From positions 25,916,001 to 25,980,000 of the forward strand of contig OZ024760.1 in NCBI GenBank assembly GCA_964016885.1: a DNA stretch of 64,000 bases, in the 5' to 3' direction. Of the stretch, positions 57,228 through 64,000 are shown piece by piece. The DNA is from Eledone cirrhosa (taxonomy: Eukaryota). Position 1 is the stretch's first letter. Each line of letters begins with the position of its first letter. Position numbers and translations under genes: made by a program. The notes under the pieces are model-generated. The model made no database searches, had not been told where the DNA came from, and saw only the letters and a list, made by a program, of their open reading frames with translations.

Positions 57228-58654
57228 GATATATAAATACTATATATATATAAATACTATATATATATATAGATATATAAATACTATATATATATATAGA
57301 TATATAAATACTATATATATATATAGATATATAAATACTATATATATATATATATATAAATACTATATAAATACTATATATATATATATATAAATACTAT
57401 ATAAATACTATATATATATATATATAAATACTATATAAATACTATATATATATATATATAAATACTATATAAATACTATATATATATATATATAAATACT
57501 ATATAAATACTATATATATATATATATAAATACTATATAAATACTATATATATATATATATATAAATACTATATAAATACTATATATATATATATATATA
57601 AATACTATATAAATACTATATATATATATATATATAAATACTATATAAATACTATATATATATATATATATAAATACTATATAAATACTATATATATATA
57701 TATATATAAATACTATATAAATACTATATATATATATATATATAAATACTATATAAATACTATATATATATATATATATAAATACTATATAAATACTATA
57801 TATATATATATATATATATAAATACTATATAAATACTATATATATATATATATATAAATACTATATAAATACTATATATATATATATATATAAATACTAT
57901 ATAAATACTATATATATATATATATATAAATACTATATAAATACTATATATATATATATATATAAATACTATATAAATACTATATATATATATATATATA
58001 AATACTATATAAATACTATATATATATATATATATAAATACTATAAAAATACTATATATATATATATATATAAATACTATAAAAATACTATATATATATA
58101 TATATATAAATACTATATAAATACTATATATATATATATAAATACTATATAAATACTATATATATATATATAAATACTATATAAATACTATATATATATA
58201 TATAAATACTATATAAATACTATATATATATATATAAATACTATATAAATACTATATATATATATATAAATACTATATAAATACTATATATATATATATA
58301 AATACTATATAAATACTATATATATATATATAAATACTATATAAATACTATATATATATATATAAATACTATATAAATACTATATATATATATATAAATA
58401 CTATATAAATACTATATATATATATATAAATACTATATAAATACTATATATATATATATAAATACTATATAAATACTATATATATATATATAAATACTAT
58501 ATAAATACTATATATATATATATAAATACTATATAAATACTATATATATATATATAAATACTATATAAATACTATATATATATATATAAATACTATATAA
58601 ATACTATATATATATATATAAATACTATATATATATATATAAATACTATATAAA

Positions 58655-58693
<39 letters not shown>

Positions 58694-59205
58694 CTATATA
58701 TATATATATATAAATACTATATATATATATATATATATAAATACTATATATATATATATATAAATACTATATATATATATATATATATAAATACTATATA
58801 TATATATATATATATATAAATACTATATATATATATATATATATAAATACTATATATATATATATATATAAATACTATATATATATATATATAAATACTA
58901 TATATATATATATATATATAAATACTATATATATATATATATATAAATACTATATATATATATATATATATATATAAATACTATATATATATATATATAT
59001 ATAAATACTATATATATATATATATATATAAATACTATATATATATATATATATAAATACTATATATATATATATATATAAATACTATATATATATATAT
59101 ATATATATAAATACTATATATATATAAATACTATATATATATATATATATAAATACTATATATATATATATATATATAAATACTATATATATATATATAT
59201 ATAAA

Positions 59206-59254
<49 letters not shown>

Positions 59255-59665
59255 CTATATATATATATATATATATAAATACTATATATATATATATATA
59301 TATAAATACTATATATATATATATATATATATATAAATACTATATATATATATATATATATATAAATACTATATATATATATATATATATATATAAATAC
59401 TATATATATATATATATATATATAAATACTATATATATATATATATATAAATACTATATATATATATATATATAAATACTATATATATATATATATAAAA
59501 ATACTATATATATATAAAAATACTATATATATATATATATATATATAAATACTATATATATATATATATATATATAAAAATACTATATATATATATATAT
59601 ATATATAAAAATACTATATATATATATATAAAAATACTATATATATATATATATATATATAAAAA

Positions 59666-59699
<34 letters not shown>

Positions 59700-59705
59700 T
59701 TTTTA
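57190..59705. repeat. ~2.5-kb [AAATACT(AT)n] satellite
   Basis: Over 100 aaatact units separated by variable AT runs. Confidence 0.97.
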
Positions 59706-59843
59706 TATATATATATAAACCCGTAGAAGATCCCATTAAGGGTGAAAGCAGCGATTATTTGCTTAAACTTTAATCTGTCATTTTAATATATATATATACA
59801 TAGGAACGCACACACACACATATTTATATATATATACACATAC

Positions 59844-59874
<31 letters not shown>

Positions 59875-60300
59875 TATATACCTATGCGTGTGTTTGCATA
59901 TGCATACATACATATATGCGTGCATATATGTATATATATATATATATATATATACATACACACATACATACGTATATACGTGTACAGAGAGAGTAAATTA
60001 AGGAAAAGGAGAGACAAGAGAAATCGCGGTTAGAGATTGATTAGCCGAACCCTAGCGTATTACTGGTAAATTATTTTATTAACACTGACTGGAATAAGCT
60101 ATTGGGTAAACAACGCCAGTAACACTACACCCCGTTAACATAGGTAAATGTAAATACCCCCTTCAGTCACGAATGACCATGTGATTTGTACCTAGTTTCC
60201 CTCCGAGACTAATCCAGGCAAGAATGTGTGCGGAAGACCTGCAGTCACCCATACATACCAGTCTCCACACCACGGATGATATCTAAGGGAAAGGGGCCAA

Positions 60301-60358
<58 letters not shown>

Positions 60359-60604
60359 GCGTGTGCGTGTGCGTGTGCGTGTGTGTACACACACACACAC
60401 ACACTGTATATAGATTATATATACACTATGGTGTTGTCCAATATGGCCGATATAGCTTGGCACCAGTGATGTGTCAACATTTCTAAGAGAAATAACAACA
60501 CTACCAGGAGTTGGACATATAGATGGATTGACGGAGTAAAACACACTTCAACAACATGTGTACCTGTCTTTCCCCACACCAATTCCTTATTTTCTCCTGT
60601 TATC

Positions 60605-62856
60605 CTAGATCCGTATCGTCTTTGCAAGTTCTGTCTCCACTGGGGAAAAGCGATCATGCAGCACTGAGCTTTAGCATGCATACTTTGCTTGCACCACCTC
60701 CCGTTTCGAATCAGCCGAGAAGAATATTTGCTGCTATGAATCATGATCTTATCAAAATGGCCTCCAACGAGATAAATTGGCTCAGCCTAACTGAAAATCA
60801 GTCTGTTGAAACTTTGTGGTGAGAAATAAAGAAAATTCTACTTGGGCTAACAGAAATGGCAGTGCCGCTGAGAACGCCAAAACGCAAGAAACACAAACCC
60901 TGGATAACAAAGACAATTATCCGTGAACGGAAGTTAAGAAACGCTGCTTGGGGGCACTATTAAGAGACCATGTCTGCGGCGGCATTTGAAGTCTACAGAA
61001 AGCAGCGAAATCATGTCGAACATAATTCCAGAATTGGAAGGCAAAATTTTGAAAGGGAACTTGCAAGTGATGCCGGCCGTAATCCAAAGTGCTTTTATGT
61101 TCACATGCAGAGAAATCAAAAACTGAATAACCAAATTGTCACTCTCCGAAGCCCCGAAGATACAGTTATTGAACACGCTGACCAACAAGCTTCTCTTTTT
61201 GCCGATGTTTTCGCAAATATCTTCAAAGAGAACGATGGCAGAGAAACTCCAAATCTAAACATGATCGCCCCACCCATGCAGCCAACCACCGTCAGACCGG
61301 ACGAGGTGGAACAGTTGCTTTTGTCCTTAGATGTGAATAAGGGGCATGGTCCAGACGGTCTACATCCAGCGATTTAGGGTGCAGTTGCACCCAACCTTGC
61401 TAAACCTCTAGCCACACTATTCAACCTGTCATTGGCTACCGGACTTGTTCCTGCCGACTGGAAAGTAGCTACAATTTGCCCTATCTTTAAAAAAGGCGAC
61501 AAAGAAGACCCGGGGAACTACAGACCCGTGAGCCTCGCCTCAATTGTCTGTAAGGCCTTGGAATCTCTAATCAAGCGGGCAATTATGGCTCATCTTGCGT
61601 CTTTCACTGCCATCTCTCCATCTCAACACGGTTTCATCCCGAAATGGTCCTGTCTTACAAACCTACTCGTGATGAAAGAAGGGGTGATGAAGATAGTGGG
61701 CGATGGTGATGCGGCCGATAATATCTTTCTCGACTTCGCCAAAGCCTTTGACTGTCAACCACCGCCTGCTCCTGTATAAGCTCAGAAACTACAGTCTCCA
61801 TGACTCGATTATAAAGTGGATTGGATCATTTCTTGAGGGTCGTACTTGTAGAGTTTGGATCAATGGCAGTCTGTCATCGGGTGTGGGTGTAGGCAGCGGC
61901 GTTCCCCAGGGATCTGTGTTGGACCCAATTCTCCTCCTCCTATACATCAACGACATGCCAGACGTGATTGGTAGAAACGTGCTCTTATTTGTAGATGATG
62001 AGAAAATGGTAGCCCGTAGGAGCGAGATCGACAATCTCAAGTCCAGCCTCCAGCGCGCCTGGAGTTGGTCCATTGACTGGGATTTATACCTCAATGTCGA
62101 TAAGTGTTATGGCAGTGGGTACACCTTATAACTCAGCTCTTACCTTCAACGGTGGCACTGCTCCTTTGAAAGAGGTTGAGGGGACTAAAGATCTTGGTCT
62201 GTTGATCGACTCGTCCTTCAAACCATCAAACATTGCATTCAAGCCGCAAAAAGGCAAGGAGCTCTTTTTCTTAATCGACGCTCCTTTGCCAAACTCACTC
62301 CAGAAATTTCAGGCCTCTCTATGTCGCCCTCGTGAGACCGCACCTAGAATATGGCATCCAAGCATCAAACCCATATCTCATCCGGGATATCCATCACTTG
62401 GAGAGAGTTCAACGACTAGCGACTCGAATCGTACAGGGTCTTCATGAGCTGCCCTACGAAAGCCGGCTGCAAAAGCTGAACCTCTTCTCCTTGGAGCATC
62501 GACGGCTAAGAGGCGATCTCATTTTGGCTTACAATCTCTTCAATGGCCATTACGATAATCCCATTCACTCCGGCACTTGAAAGGGGTCTACGTGGACATG
62601 AAAAAAGCTGTTTCACCGCCGCTTTCGCCTAAATAGACGGAAAGCTGCTTTCTCGATCCGCATCTCTGGACCCTGGAATCGGCTTCCAGAAGAAGTAGTC
62701 AACGCGCCAACCACGCAACAATTCAGGGCGAAATTGGACCGGTGTTAGACCACTGTATTTCCGTCTGTGTAATTGTTACCCCTCTCCCCTCCTTACATAG
62801 CATCTGAAGCATCTATGTTTTATTTTCTGCCAAATATATTGAATTGAATTGAATTC
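60605..62856 (+). pseudogene. 5'-truncated, decayed CR1-clade LINE ORF2 with (TTGAA)n tail
   Basis: Motifs [84 protein letters not shown] are spread over several frames with stops; tail ttgaattgaattgaatt at 62839-62855. Confidence 0.92.
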
Positions 62857-62858
62857 AG

Positions 62859-62970
62859 ACTGCCTGAAGAGGTCTCAGCCAATGATGGCTGTCACCAAAA
62901 TATATATAGATGTATATCTATAATTTATAATAAACGAAGCCAAATTTTACATATTTGACTTAATTATTTT
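62859..62970 (+). mobile_element. Degenerate third copy of the 51125 hammerhead-bearing element
   Basis: actgcctgaagaggtctcagccaatgatggctgtcacc-AAAA-tatatata (GAAA changed to AAAA), then aataaacgaagc...tttgact. Confidence 0.75.
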
Positions 62971-63069
62971 ATATATATATATATATATTATATATAATAG
63001 ATTTACTATATATACACTACATACACCGTATATACTCTATATTTAGACTATATATACACTAAACTACAT

Positions 63070-63258
63070 TTGATGATGTCCAAGGGAAAGGCAATGGCCG
63101 ACACAGCTTGACATCACAACTCATTACTAGAGCCGAGTGAACTGGAGCAATGTAAAATAAAATGTCTTGCTCAAGGACACAATGCATCACCCGGTCCGAG
63201 AATTGAACTCAACCTTCCGTTTGCAAGCCCAACGGTCTAACCACTAAGCCATGCGCCT
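63070..63258 (-). mobile_element. Family B SINE
   Basis: Minus strand reads aggcgcatggcttagtggttag...gagttcaattctcggaccgggtgatg...gtccttgagcaagacatttt, close to 20800-20940. Confidence 0.8.
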
Positions 63259-63419
63259 TAATACTACCTCTGTAAAATAAGATTTAAATTTAAAAAAAAA
63301 AAAATAAAAAAAACTTAGCTAAAGTATATTTACAGAAGATTAGACAATATTAGGAAGAATTTGCTCTTTGTGGGCTGCTAGTTCTTATTAATCACCTCCA
63401 AGTGGGGGAGAGGGTGGAG

Positions 63420-64000
63420 ACATCAAGTATATCAACCTCAGTTTGTTACAGGTACTTTATTTTATCGACCGGAATGTAAAAAGAAGTAACCTTTATATAT
63501 ACCGCACTGATAATCCGCTCTTAATATCTTAAAGGTTTCTGAATGAGGCACAAGACCAACAATAACCTCAGTAGAATTTGAACTCAGAACGTAAAGGGCC
63601 GTAACTCTATGTCACAAGCATGTCCGACGCTCTACCGATTATGTCAATCCAGCACCCTAATAAGACCAGGAGTTTGAAGGGGAGGCGAAAGTCGATTAAA
63701 TCAACTCCAGTACGTTACTGGTACTTTATTTTATTGACCACGTAATGATGAAAGGCAAAGCTAACCTCGGTGGGATTTGAACTCAGAACGTAAAGGGCCG
63801 TAACTCTATGCCGCGAAGGATGTTGTCCAACGCTCTACCGATAGTGTAATAACCACCACCACCATCATAATGGTTTCTTATATAGGCACAATGCCATCAA
63901 TTTTGGAGGAGGAGAAAGTCGATTAAATCAATTCAGTGCGTGACTGGTACTTTATTTTATCGACCCCGTAAGGATGAAAGGCAAAGTTAACATCGGCGGG
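63420..64000 (-). mobile_element. Cluster of family A SINE copies or fragments
   Basis: Repeated ggtactttattttatcgacc and gatttgaactcagaacgtaaaggg. Confidence 0.85.

Overview
This is an AT-rich, microsatellite-saturated eukaryotic window with no host protein-coding exon that I can support. The SINE families and repeat landscape look like a cephalopod (Octopus-like) genome, which is an inference. Nearly all ORF-track entries are (TA)n/(TG)n/(TATG)n translation artefacts. Supported content: (1) an apparently intact ~6 kb L1/Tx1-clade LINE on the minus strand (ORF1 with CCHC knuckle; 1139-aa APE-RT-CCHC ORF2) sitting in an (AAT)n tract; (2) 3' fragments of an R4/Dong-like RLE retrotransposon in the same (AAT)n tracts; (3) a decayed CR1 LINE and three RTE remnants, each of which has spawned a minisatellite; (4) many tRNA-derived SINEs, an internally deleted Tc1, MITEs and a non-autonomous Helitron. 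The most striking signal is a set of at least a dozen unrelated fold-back (inverted-repeat) elements next to (TA)n tracts. At least four families carry recognisable minimal type I hammerhead ribozymes, always pointing outward from the palindrome centre and followed within about 10 nt by AATAAA. They look like Penelope-like pLTR/retrozyme-type relics and include a U3-A8 covariant core and a form with an ~85-nt stem II.
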